Shown in pieces: positions 47,727 through 56,520 of a DNA stretch of 64,000 nt; within the stretch, counting starts at the first letter, position 1, and the number at the start of each line of letters is the position of its first letter. The stretch is from Acidobacteriota bacterium (GTDB lineage Bacteria; Acidobacteriota; UBA6911; RPQK01; JADFOI01). The stretch is taken from NCBI GenBank assembly GCA_963663035.1, contig OY760074.1, positions 1,824,001-1,888,000 of the forward strand, read 5' to 3'. The notes beneath the pieces are model-generated. The model was not told the origin of the DNA. It made no database searches and saw nothing but the letters and a program-made list of their open reading frames with translations. The position numbers and the translations under genes were made by a program.

Positions 47727-48339
47727 AGAAACTCTCCAGAACAGTGGTGACCACACTGGCAGCGAAATCATCGGCAATCCGCTCCAGAGCAGGATTGAGC
47801 TCTGAGAAGAAGTTCCGCACATCGACGTTGATCACATACTGTTCGCGGAAGAGATAGCTGCCACTGAGAAGCACCTCTCCTGTTGCCTGCTCCCGCAGCT
47901 CCACCTTTGAATTGAGGGTGACCAGAAAGGTGGAACCGAAACTCCCTTGGCTAAAAGTGACGGGACTGACACTCACCCCGGAAAGCACACCTTCAAGGAT
48001 TCCATCGGCCTGGGACGGATCGGTGATCACACGATAACTGGACCTCTCGACCAAGGCTCGAATGAAGGATCGAGTCAGGATCTGCTCCACTTCAAAAGTG
48101 GAGGTCTCATTCACAAAGGGTAAGACAGCAATTGTGCTCAATTGGGGAGCCATTCGATTCTTGCTGGCCACCCGATAGCCACAGGCGAGTTGAACCACCA
48201 GCAACAGAAGGACTGCAACTCGTGGGAGGCACCTCAGGTGCCAAATCCCTGTACGTGGGAGGCACCTCAGGTGCCAAATCCCTGCTTTTATGCTGTCCTG
48301 CGTGGGAGGCACCTCAGGTGCCGAATTCCTATGGGGCAT
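47725..48339 (-). CDS. lptE: LPS assembly lipoprotein LptE family; N-terminus contains REP-like repeats
   Basis: LLLLVVQLA-CGY lipobox, IAVLPFVNET, ADGILEG; lies between leuS and holA. Confidence 0.85.
   Translation of the reverse strand: MPHRNSAPEVPPTQDSIKAGIWHLRCLPRTGIWHLRCLPRVAVLLLLVVQLACGYRVASKNRMAPQLSTIAVLPFVNETSTFEVEQILTRSFIRALVERSSYRVITDPSQADGILEGVLSGVSVSPVTFSQGSFGSTFLVTLNSKVELREQATGEVLLSGSYLFREQYVINVDVRNFFSELNPALERIADDFAASVVTTVLESF
48222..48322. repeat. Three copies of the REP-like palindrome GTGGGAGGCACCTCAGGTGCC
   Basis: Copies at 48222, 48255 and 48302; stem GGCACCT-C-AGGTGCC; a fourth copy at 60824. Confidence 0.9.
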
Positions 48340-48372
48340 GTCTTTGAGTCCTGTCTCCTACCTCCTGCCTCC

Positions 48373-50850
48373 TCATACAACAATATTGACCAGCTTTTGA
48401 GGCACAACGATAATCTTTCGAATCGTCTTCCCCTCGATGTAGGCCTTGGTCTTTTGGTCATCCAGGGCAAGGGTCTGCATCTCCTCTTCAGAAATTCCCG
48501 GTAAAGCTGAAACCCTGGAGCGAACCTTCCCATTCACCTGGATGATGATCTTGACCTCCTCTTCCCGAGCTAACTCTGGGTCGAACACGGGCCAAGGAGC
48601 GAATGTCAAACGCTCTGCCTGTCCCAGGGTTTCCCACATCTCCTCGGCAAAGTGGGGTGCAAAGGGAGATAAGAGAAGGGCTGTGGTCTTCAAGACCTCC
48701 TTCAACATGGCCGGATCCGGCTGATCTTCCCGATCCGCATACTCGTAGATTGAATTCAACAGCTCCATGATGGCTGCGATGGCCGTGTTCTGACGAATCC
48801 GCTCCAGGTCATTGGTGACCTTCTGGATGGTCTGGTGCAGCTTTCGTTGCAGAGCTCTCCCCGGTTCGGACAACTCCTCTCGGCTGACCGATGAGGCGGT
48901 GGCATCTGGACTCATTTCTTCCACAATTCGATGGAGCAACCTCCAAAGCCGCTTCAGAAAGCGAGAGCAGCCCTCCAAGCCTTGATCACTCCAATCCAGA
49001 TCCCGTTCCGGCGGAGCGGCAAACTGAATGAAGAGACGCAGAGCATCGGTTCCATATTCACGTACGACAGACTCGGGCGACACAGTATTCCCTCGGGACT
49101 TACTCATGGCCATGCCCTCCTGGAGCACCATTCCCTGGGTAAAGAGACGCTTAACCGGCTCACCGAAGCCAGTCAGCCCGAGATCCCGCATCAGCTTGGT
49201 GAAGAAGCGCATGTAGATGAGATGTAAGATCGCATGCTCAACACCTCCGATGTAAATATCAACTGGAAACCAGTATCGAACAGCCTCGTCCCGCACCGGT
49301 GCGGAGTCGATCTGAGGGTCCGTGTAGCGGTAGAAATACCAGGAGCTGTCCACAAACGTGTCCATGGTATCCGTCTCTCTCTGGGCCTTCCCCTGACATT
49401 TCGGACAGCTTGTGTTGAGGAATTCCGGGATTGTGGCAAGCGGTGACTGCCCCAGCTGGATAGTCTCCACTTTGGGCAATTTCACCGGGAGATCCTCCTC
49501 GGGAACAGGAACCGCACCGCACTTCTGGCAATGAACGATGGGGATCGGAGTGCCCCAATAACGCTGACGGCTGATGCTCCAGTCCCTCAGCCGGTAACTC
49601 ACAGCTGCTTCACCAAACCCTTGAGCCTGAGCGTACTCAACCATCTTTTTCTGAGCCACTTCCGAGGAAAGCCCGGAAAAAGACTCGCTGTTGACCAGCA
49701 CACCATCGTCCACAAAAGCCTGCTCCAGATCGGGACCAGCATCCTGGTCCTGGGACTGAATAACCTGGCGAATACTCAAATCGTAGTTCTTTGCAAAGTC
49801 AAAATCGCGCTCGTCATGGGCGGGAACAGCCATGATGGCCCCCGTCCCATATTCCATCAAAACAAAATTGGCGATCCAGATGGGGATTCGCTCCCTGGTG
49901 AAGGGATTGATGGCATAGTGTCCCGTGAAAACCCCCTTCTTCTCTGTTTCCTCGGCGGTACGCAGTGCCTTCCCCTGACGACGGATTGCCTTCACGAATC
50001 GTGACAACTCCTCACTGGATTGCGTATCGTCCATCCAACCTCGGACCAACTCGTGCTCAGGCGCCAGAACGACAAAGGTGGCACCGTAGATGGTATCCAA
50101 ACGAGTGGTGAAGATATCGAGTCCATCTCCTTGAGTATCAGCCAGTGGAAAGGTCACCTGAGCCCCTACAGACTTTCCAATCCAGTTCCGCTGCATACTC
50201 TTCACTTTCTCCGGCCAATCTTCTAACTGATCCAGATCCTGCAGCAGTTGCTCGTTGTACTCTGTAATGCGAAAGCACCACTGCTCGAGCTCCTTCTCGA
50301 TGACCAAAGTTCCATCCCGCCAGCAGCACCCCTCTACTACCTGCTCATTGGCTAAAACCGTCTGGCACTGCTCACACCAATTGACGGTCCCTTTTCGTTG
50401 GTAGGCCAGACCCTGTTTGTACATTTGGAGAAAGAACCACTGAGTCCACCGATAATACTCCGGCCTACAAGTCGCAATCTCGCGCTCCCAGTCATACGTC
50501 CAGCCCATCTGCAGGCACTGCTTTCTCATGATGGCAATGTTGTCCATCGTCCAACGTTCCGGAGGAATTTCGTTCTTAATGGCAGCGTTTTCTGCAGGCA
50601 ATCCAAAAGCATCCCACCCTATGGGATGCAAGACGTTAAATCCCTGCATGCGCTTGAATCGGGCGATGGAGTCTCCCAGGGAGTAATTACGGACGTGACC
50701 GATATGGAGAGCTCCTGAAGGATAGGGAAGCATTTCCAGCACATAATACTTGGGAAGGGTGGAATCCTCTCGAGCGGCAAACTCCTGGGCCTGTGCCCAG
50801 CGTTGCTGCCACTTCATTTCGATTGCTTGAAAGTCGTAGCGCTCGTTCAC
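48373..50850 (-). CDS. leuS: Leucine-tRNA ligase
   Basis: PYPSGALHIGH, GWDAFGLPAENAA, SRQRYWG, MSKSRGN. Confidence 0.97.
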   Translation of the reverse strand: MNERYDFQAIEMKWQQRWAQAQEFAAREDSTLPKYYVLEMLPYPSGALHIGHVRNYSLGDSIARFKRMQGFNVLHPIGWDAFGLPAENAAIKNEIPPERWTMDNIAIMRKQCLQMGWTYDWEREIATCRPEYYRWTQWFFLQMYKQGLAYQRKGTVNWCEQCQTVLANEQVVEGCCWRDGTLVIEKELEQWCFRITEYNEQLLQDLDQLEDWPEKVKSMQRNWIGKSVGAQVTFPLADTQGDGLDIFTTRLDTIYGATFVVLAPEHELVRGWMDDTQSSEELSRFVKAIRRQGKALRTAEETEKKGVFTGHYAINPFTRERIPIWIANFVLMEYGTGAIMAVPAHDERDFDFAKNYDLSIRQVIQSQDQDAGPDLEQAFVDDGVLVNSESFSGLSSEVAQKKMVEYAQAQGFGEAAVSYRLRDWSISRQRYWGTPIPIVHCQKCGAVPVPEEDLPVKLPKVETIQLGQSPLATIPEFLNTSCPKCQGKAQRETDTMDTFVDSSWYFYRYTDPQIDSAPVRDEAVRYWFPVDIYIGGVEHAILHLIYMRFFTKLMRDLGLTGFGEPVKRLFTQGMVLQEGMAMSKSRGNTVSPESVVREYGTDALRLFIQFAAPPERDLDWSDQGLEGCSRFLKRLWRLLHRIVEEMSPDATASSVSREELSEPGRALQRKLHQTIQKVTNDLERIRQNTAIAAIMELLNSIYEYADREDQPDPAMLKEVLKTTALLLSPFAPHFAEEMWETLGQAERLTFAPWPVFDPELAREEEVKIIIQVNGKVRSRVSALPGISEEEMQTLALDDQKTKAYIEGKTIRKIIVVPQKLVNIVV

Positions 50851-51420
50851 TCAGTCCTCAGTTCCTTTGACCTTTGAGAGCACGATTCCCTTTTGGGCCT
50901 GATACTTCCCTTTCCTATCTCGATAAGAGATCTGACAAACTTCACTAGCCTCAAGAAAAAGGAGCTGCGCAATTCCCTCTCCGGAATAGATCTTAACAGG
51001 AGCTGACCCGGTGTTAGAGATGGATAGGGTGGCATGTCCTTCCCATTCCGGCTCAAAAGGGGTTACATTAACGAGCACTCCACATCTCGCATAGCTGGAT
51101 TTTCCGGTACAGATCGTCAAGATATCGCGAGGTATTCTAAAGTATTCGACTGACTGAGCCAGCACAAACGATCCTGGGGGAACCACACAATGCTCCCCTT
51201 CGAAATCATCAAAAAGCTGGCCGTGAACATTCTTTGGATCCAGTACTTCGGACTGCCCTTCCCGGCAGATTTTGTATTTTCGATCGACTCGAAAGTCATA
51301 TCCATAGGAGGAGATCCCGTAGGAAATTTCCCCTTCTTGGGCTAGAGATTCCTGAAAGGGCTCGATCATGTGCTGCTCCCTGGCCATGCGAGTGATCCAG
51401 TGATCTGGTTTGATGCCCAT
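50851..51420 (-). CDS. dcd: dCTP deaminase
   Basis: ISYGISSYGYD, GKSSYARCG, TPFEPEWEG, KYQAQKG. Confidence 0.94.
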   Translation of the reverse strand: MGIKPDHWITRMAREQHMIEPFQESLAQEGEISYGISSYGYDFRVDRKYKICREGQSEVLDPKNVHGQLFDDFEGEHCVVPPGSFVLAQSVEYFRIPRDILTICTGKSSYARCGVLVNVTPFEPEWEGHATLSISNTGSAPVKIYSGEGIAQLLFLEASEVCQISYRDRKGKYQAQKGIVLSKVKGTED

Positions 51421-51487
51421 AGGCTTGTCTTCCGGCTGCAGGAAAAGCAGAAGTTTATCTGAATTGCCAGCCCAAAGTCCAAAGTGG

Positions 51488-51516
51488 TTGACAGAGCTTT
51501 TGAAGACAAGTATAGT
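51488..51516 (+). promoter_or_regulatory. Near-consensus sigma70 promoter for HU
   Basis: TTGACA-17-TATAGT. Confidence 0.75.
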
Positions 51517-51549
51517 CAAATTAATCATTTAAAGAGGAACGAAGAAGCA

Positions 51550-51819
51550 GTGATTAAACAAGATATTGTCAGTCGCGTCGCCAACCGGATGGGCATTACG
51601 AAAGTGAAAGCCGAAGTTGCCGTTGACTCCTTTTTCAATGCTCTCAAAGAGGCTATGAAGAAAGGCGAACGCATCGAGCTGAGAGGTTTCGGGGTCTTTG
51701 TTGTGAAGCCTCGCAAGAGCGGCATCGGCAGAAACCCAAGAACAGGGGCCGAAGTCCCAATTCCTCCTGGAAAGACCGTCCGGTTCAAACCAGGCAAGGA
51801 AATTCGATTCAGCCAATAG
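51550..51819 (+). CDS. HU/IHF family DNA-binding protein
   Basis: IELRGFGVF, GRNPRTG, VRFKPGK; GTG start. Confidence 0.93.
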   Translation: MIKQDIVSRVANRMGITKVKAEVAVDSFFNALKEAMKKGERIELRGFGVFVVKPRKSGIGRNPRTGAEVPIPPGKTVRFKPGKEIRFSQ

Positions 51820-51825
51820 CAGATT

Positions 51826-52806
51826 TTGAGCTGGAATTCTTCTCTCCCATCTGAGACACCTTCACAGCCCCCTCTGTTCACCTACCAACCGTCTCCGCCT
51901 CCCGCCAAGACCAAGGTTTTGCTTCCAGCCCTATTATTTCTGGGCACCATAGTCACGACCTTAACGGCCGGCTACATTCTCCACCTCAACTTCGTCGGCC
52001 AGGGGGCCGTGTGGGCCCGACTCACTGGAGTCTTCTCTCATCCCCTGGATCTTTTACAGGGACTTCCCTTCGCCTTTACAATATTGGTGATCCTGCTGGC
52101 TCATGAACTGGGCCACTATCTGACCTGTCGTTATTATGGAATTGACGCCACCCTTCCCTACTTGATCCCCGCTCCCCCACCATTCCCCTTCGGCACCTTC
52201 GGTGCCGTGATCAAGATCCGATCCCAGTTCCCGAACAAACGCCAACTCTTCGACGTGGGGGTCGCCGGGCCTGTGGGAGGATTCATCTTTATCATTCCGG
52301 CCTTAATTGTTGGACTGCAGCTGTCAAAACCGTTCATCTTGACGGATTCCGCCCTAGGCTCCTATGAACTGGGTGAGCCCTTGATCTTTTCTCTGGCTGC
52401 CATGTTCTTCTTTCCGGGTGAAGCAGGCACCACTATCAGCCTGCATCCCATCGGATTTGCCGCATGGTTTGGAATGCTGGCCACCAGCATTAATTTACTT
52501 CCGATTGGGCAGTTGGACGGAGGCCACATGGTGTACGGGCTTTTTGGAGAGCGGGCTCACCGAATCATCTCCCAGGTAAGCTTCGCCGCACTGATTGGAA
52601 TCAGCCTGTATTCCTGGCCAAACCTAGGCTATCTGGTCTTTACCTTGGTTCTCCTTTTTATAGGTTTCCGCCATCCCAGACCTATCACTGAGTTTGGCCA
52701 AATGGGACGAGGGCGGCTGCTGGCTGCGTTGATTGGTTTGATCATCTTCATTCTGACCTTCATGCCCATCCCAGTCCGCGTCATTCAGCACGTGGGTCGG
52801 TTGTGA
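51826..52806 (+). CDS. Site-2 protease (M50) family membrane metalloprotease
   Basis: HELGH, GTFGAVI, AGPVGG, NLLPIGQLDGGH. Confidence 0.92.
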   Translation: MSWNSSLPSETPSQPPLFTYQPSPPPAKTKVLLPALLFLGTIVTTLTAGYILHLNFVGQGAVWARLTGVFSHPLDLLQGLPFAFTILVILLAHELGHYLTCRYYGIDATLPYLIPAPPPFPFGTFGAVIKIRSQFPNKRQLFDVGVAGPVGGFIFIIPALIVGLQLSKPFILTDSALGSYELGEPLIFSLAAMFFFPGEAGTTISLHPIGFAAWFGMLATSINLLPIGQLDGGHMVYGLFGERAHRIISQVSFAALIGISLYSWPNLGYLVFTLVLLFIGFRHPRPITEFGQMGRGRLLAALIGLIIFILTFMPIPVRVIQHVGRL

Positions 52807-53210
52807 GTGCCAAAGTAGCCAATTATTCCGAAAAAGACAGGGACGAGATCATTCGAGATTACTTTGGCCCGTCAGGAGCTGAAGAGAATCCCCGCTGTCC
52901 CATCTGTGGAGAAGTTCTTCGATTCGACACTCTCTATCAGTCCGGCGGCAGCAAGATCCAGATTCGGGTGAGTTGCCCCGACTGTCAAGCCCATTTCAGC
53001 TGGGAACAGGGCCAGCAGCAACAGCCCTGGAAATCACTCCACTTGCAGTACTTTCTAGAGCGTTACCTGACGAATGACCGCATTCGGTGCCCACTTGACG
53101 ACTGTTACGTGGTCTACACGGAGTTTAGCGACAGGGTGTTGGAATTTCGGTGTCCCTACTGCAACCATCGAGGCAGGGCTCAGCTGCCGGCCCCGACGGA
53201 TAGTTCCTAG
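52803..53210 (+). CDS. Double zinc-ribbon hypothetical protein
   Basis: CPIC, CPDC, CPLDDC and CPYC motifs; start overlaps the S2P stop (GTGA). Confidence 0.7.
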   Translation: MSAKVANYSEKDRDEIIRDYFGPSGAEENPRCPICGEVLRFDTLYQSGGSKIQIRVSCPDCQAHFSWEQGQQQQPWKSLHLQYFLERYLTNDRIRCPLDDCYVVYTEFSDRVLEFRCPYCNHRGRAQLPAPTDSS

Positions 53211-54691
53211 CCCTCAGGGGCTCCATCGAAGATCGCGAAGTACTCTCGAGTCCCCTCATCCTGGGGAGGCGCAGTCAGATACGTCACCCCTACCAGGACG
53301 ACCAAACCCAGCACGAGTGCGGGTAAACCAGACAAAAACCCAAACTTCCAGCTCTCCGGTAGCAGACCCAACTCTAAACCCCACAGGCACACCTGGGACG
53401 AAACGATCGACCAGATGGCCGCCTGAGAAGTACATCGTTTCCAGTAGAGTGCTGCCAGGGTTGGCACGACCATGCAGGCAAATCCAGCCAAGGCAAATTC
53501 GATGATGGTAATGATCCCTAAAGGATTGATGAAACCCAAAGCCAGGGCAATGATGGTCATCAGCAGGACGAGCCCTCGGCTGATTCGTACCATGGTCGCT
53601 TCGGTGGCGTCAGTGAGTCGTGTGCGGGAGAGGAAATCCCGTGCGATCATGGTGGTCACACTCAGCAACTGAGAGTCCATGGTGGACATCATGGCGGCAA
53701 AGGCCGCTGCTCCCAGAATCCCCATCATCCAGATGGGTGTCAGCTGTGTCAGAAGCATCGGTAGAATGGCGTCCGATTCGGCACCCTGCAAGTTGGGAAT
53801 GGCCGTACGGCCCCACATTCCAACCGTGGCCATCAAGAACATGATCACAAGAGAGGGCACAGGATAAATACACATGATCCGTTTCAGGGTCTTGGGATCT
53901 CTTCCTGTGAGGAGCCTCATGAAGAGCTGCGGGAAAACGATGGGAGACAAACCGACGATGATACCGTAGCTGAAAAACTGTCTCCAGGGCATCCTGGCGC
54001 GAGATATCAGTTCTGGATAGTCCTCCAGAACACGCCGGGTGGCCTCAGCGGGTCCCCCCAGCACTGAAGCGATCACGATAAAGATGGCCACACCCCCAAC
54101 CAGAAAAACGGCCGTTTGAAACGTGTTGACCCAGGCCGCACCGCGCATCCCGCCCAACAGAAGGTAAGTCAGCACTGCTGCTGCCACGACAGCCATACTG
54201 ATATTGAGCGTCACATAGCCCTCCGTCAAAGCCTCCAGCGTACGGCCTGCTCCCAGGAGACCGGTCATGAGATAGGGAACGGTGTACACGATCAGCATCA
54301 AACTGATTAGGAGGGCCAGAAAGGGGGATTTCCAGCGCCCGCCAACCACCTCAGCCACTGTCATGTAGCCGAATTTCTGGCCCAGGACCCAGGAACGGCT
54401 TCCGACCGTATAGAAGAGCAAGGGTGTAAGCCAGGCCCAGCTGGTGGCAAAGTAGGGCCACAAAACCCAGCCCGCATGGTAGGCCCCACCCGGAACCCCG
54501 GCCAGTGTCACCGCTGAAATATTGGCGCCGAAGACCGCAGAAAAAAGGACGAAGGTCTTAAAGCTGCGGCTGCCCATGTGAAAGTCCTCCATGGTAGCTC
54601 GACTGAAGCGAGCACTGTAGAGTCCAATGCCGACAATCACAGCCATGTAGGCAGCTAAGATGCTCAGAACCACCAGTACCTGTGTGCTCAT
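53207..54691 (-). CDS. Sodium:solute symporter family protein
   Basis: GGMRGAAWVN, AAMMSTMDSQLL, many TM helices; AGGGAGG RBS. Confidence 0.92.
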   Translation of the reverse strand: MSTQVLVVLSILAAYMAVIVGIGLYSARFSRATMEDFHMGSRSFKTFVLFSAVFGANISAVTLAGVPGGAYHAGWVLWPYFATSWAWLTPLLFYTVGSRSWVLGQKFGYMTVAEVVGGRWKSPFLALLISLMLIVYTVPYLMTGLLGAGRTLEALTEGYVTLNISMAVVAAAVLTYLLLGGMRGAAWVNTFQTAVFLVGGVAIFIVIASVLGGPAEATRRVLEDYPELISRARMPWRQFFSYGIIVGLSPIVFPQLFMRLLTGRDPKTLKRIMCIYPVPSLVIMFLMATVGMWGRTAIPNLQGAESDAILPMLLTQLTPIWMMGILGAAAFAAMMSTMDSQLLSVTTMIARDFLSRTRLTDATEATMVRISRGLVLLMTIIALALGFINPLGIITIIEFALAGFACMVVPTLAALYWKRCTSQAAIWSIVSSQVCLWGLELGLLPESWKFGFLSGLPALVLGLVVLVGVTYLTAPPQDEGTREYFAIFDGAPEG

Positions 54692-54701
54692 TGCTCCCTC
54701 C

Positions 54702-54926
54702 CTACTGGTCGTCCACCCAGATGTATTTAACGGTATAGAGAACCAGGAGGTAACCAACCACCCACATGCCAAACTGGTAGAGCATGGGAAGATTGAGCCA
54801 GCCAAACAAGACCATTGGCATCTCTTCTCCCCACCACCAGAGATCTACGCGGATTATCATGAGAATGATCGCCAACGAATAGATGACCAGTTCTCGTTTC
54901 CTGCGCCTTCGCGGGTCTAGTTTCAT
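54702..54926 (-). CDS. Small two-TM SSS partner protein (DUF3311-like)
   Basis: DLWWW...LFGWL pattern directly upstream of the SSS gene. Confidence 0.7.
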   Translation of the reverse strand: MKLDPRRRRKRELVIYSLAIILMIIRVDLWWWGEEMPMVLFGWLNLPMLYQFGMWVVGYLLVLYTVKYIWVDDQ

Positions 54927-55007
54927 CCCTTTTCCTCCTTCACTTTTTGCCTAGGCTACAACACGACCTGAACAGATAGCCAGCAAGAAATGCGGGACTG
55001 CTTGAGG

Positions 55008-55418
55008 TCAGCCTACTTTCTTGGCCTCAGGCTTGTTGAACAGGAGATTGTCCAGGGCAAGCTTCCCCGGGCCAGTGGCAGCCAACAAAAGGAAGATAAA
55101 GCAATACAAGACGGCCCTCTCTCCCGAGTTCATGACGGGCCAGAAGCCGCGGGGAAAGTGGGACATAAAATAGGCAACCGCCATCTCCCCGGCAAGAAGA
55201 AAGGCGACGGCGCGGGTAAAGAGGCCAAAGCCGATAAAGAGGGGGCCGAAAAACTCCAGTATTCCGGCAAACCAGAGCAGTGATAGGAAGGTCTGGGGTT
55301 CTCGACCAAAAAAACCAAACAGCTTTTCTCCCCCGTGCATCCAGAACACGAAGGCCGTCACAATGCGGAGAAGTGTTAAGGCCCAGACGCTGAGATCAGC
55401 ATGTATCGAGTGGAACAT
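55008..55418 (-). CDS. DoxX family membrane protein
   Basis: LLRIV, HGGEKLFG, GLFTR, GEMAVAYF, GPGKLALD. Confidence 0.9.
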   Translation of the reverse strand: MFHSIHADLSVWALTLLRIVTAFVFWMHGGEKLFGFFGREPQTFLSLLWFAGILEFFGPLFIGFGLFTRAVAFLLAGEMAVAYFMSHFPRGFWPVMNSGERAVLYCFIFLLLAATGPGKLALDNLLFNKPEAKKVG

Positions 55419-55430
55419 CGTTTTTTCCTT

Positions 55431-56033
55431 TCATTCGGGCCGGGTCACCACTTCCTTCAAATAGATGAAGTCCCCGAGACTCGAGGCATCGTCGTTGCCC
55501 GCGTTGGCCGCAACATGGAAAGCCACGGACGCCACAGAAAACTCTGGAGCAATCCATCGAAGGGTCCACGATATCTCATCCCGGGAGGAAGGAAGGCTGG
55601 CAACCTCAACATGGTGAGCGTACTGAATTTCCCCATCCTCTCCCTTCATGACGGCAACCAGCTCATCCACCGGCTGCAAGGATCCTGCCTGCCTGCCGTC
55701 CTGTGCTCCGCCGGTAAATCGCGTGGCCAGTTGAAAGCCACCTCTTCTCAAAGCGGGCCGTTTCAGGGTGATCCTAATCAGATATTGACTGTTCGGCTCA
55801 TAGAATTCGGGCAGACCGCGGATATTCAGGGACCCTTCCTGATCGTTGAGTGGGTGATCGAAATGGCACTGATGGCAACTCGAGTCACCGAAACCTCCTG
55901 TGTTTCCAGGTGGTGGCTTGTCCTGGTAAGCAGAAACAATGAGCGGGCTCGTGAACATCGCCACGGCTAAAGCAAGAAGTACTACGCCACCCAGGCTGAA
56001 GGTCACGGTGTTCCTATCTAATGCGAAACGCAC
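55431..56033 (-). CDS. Secreted Reeler-like domain protein with a CxxCH heme motif
   Basis: Signal/TM, TGGFGDSSCHQCH, GFQL, WIAP, AANAGNDD. Confidence 0.65.
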   Translation of the reverse strand: MRFALDRNTVTFSLGGVVLLALAVAMFTSPLIVSAYQDKPPPGNTGGFGDSSCHQCHFDHPLNDQEGSLNIRGLPEFYEPNSQYLIRITLKRPALRRGGFQLATRFTGGAQDGRQAGSLQPVDELVAVMKGEDGEIQYAHHVEVASLPSSRDEISWTLRWIAPEFSVASVAFHVAANAGNDDASSLGDFIYLKEVVTRPE

Positions 56034-56047
56034 ATTTCGAGGTTCAA

Positions 56048-56503
56048 CTATCTAGTCATAACTGCCAGAAAGAGGATCAGCAGAGCGACCGTGATCATGA
56101 TGAGAAGATACATCAGTTGTCGAAACCTGGACTTCTCCTGGAATTCTTCATGTTTTCTTTCCCAGTCGTCATCTCTCAGCTCCAATTCTAATTCCTCTGT
56201 ATCCAGCGCTCCTTCTGGGACCTGCAAATCACCGGAAATGCGCTGCCAATCGATAAATCGAGGAAGAAACCAGAAAAAAACCGCAACTCCAATGAAGAAA
56301 GGAAAAATCCAAAGATTGCTATCAGAGAGGGAGGAGATGACAAGAAGGACGAGTACGACTACAACCAGGAGGAGGAGCCGAAAGTAAGCCCAAGACACCG
56401 TCGGTCGAAAAACGGTCCCGCAACGCGGGCAACTCAGCCTCCCTGGTGTGTGCAGAGGATCGGTCCACAGACGAGTTTTACAAACTGGACAGGGCTGGGA
56501 CAT
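56048..56503 (-). CDS. Zinc-ribbon membrane protein (hypothetical)
   Basis: CPVC...CPRC followed by three TM helices. Confidence 0.65.
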   Translation of the reverse strand: MSQPCPVCKTRLWTDPLHTPGRLSCPRCGTVFRPTVSWAYFRLLLLVVVVLVLLVISSLSDSNLWIFPFFIGVAVFFWFLPRFIDWQRISGDLQVPEGALDTEELELELRDDDWERKHEEFQEKSRFRQLMYLLIMITVALLILFLAVMTR

Positions 56504-56520
56504 CAGTCGTGCCGATCAGA

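Noticed and set aside
48222-48322. Three palindromic repeats as a mini CRISPR array
   Set aside because: Spacers are 12 and 26 bp and partly identical, there are no cas genes, and an isolated copy exists elsewhere
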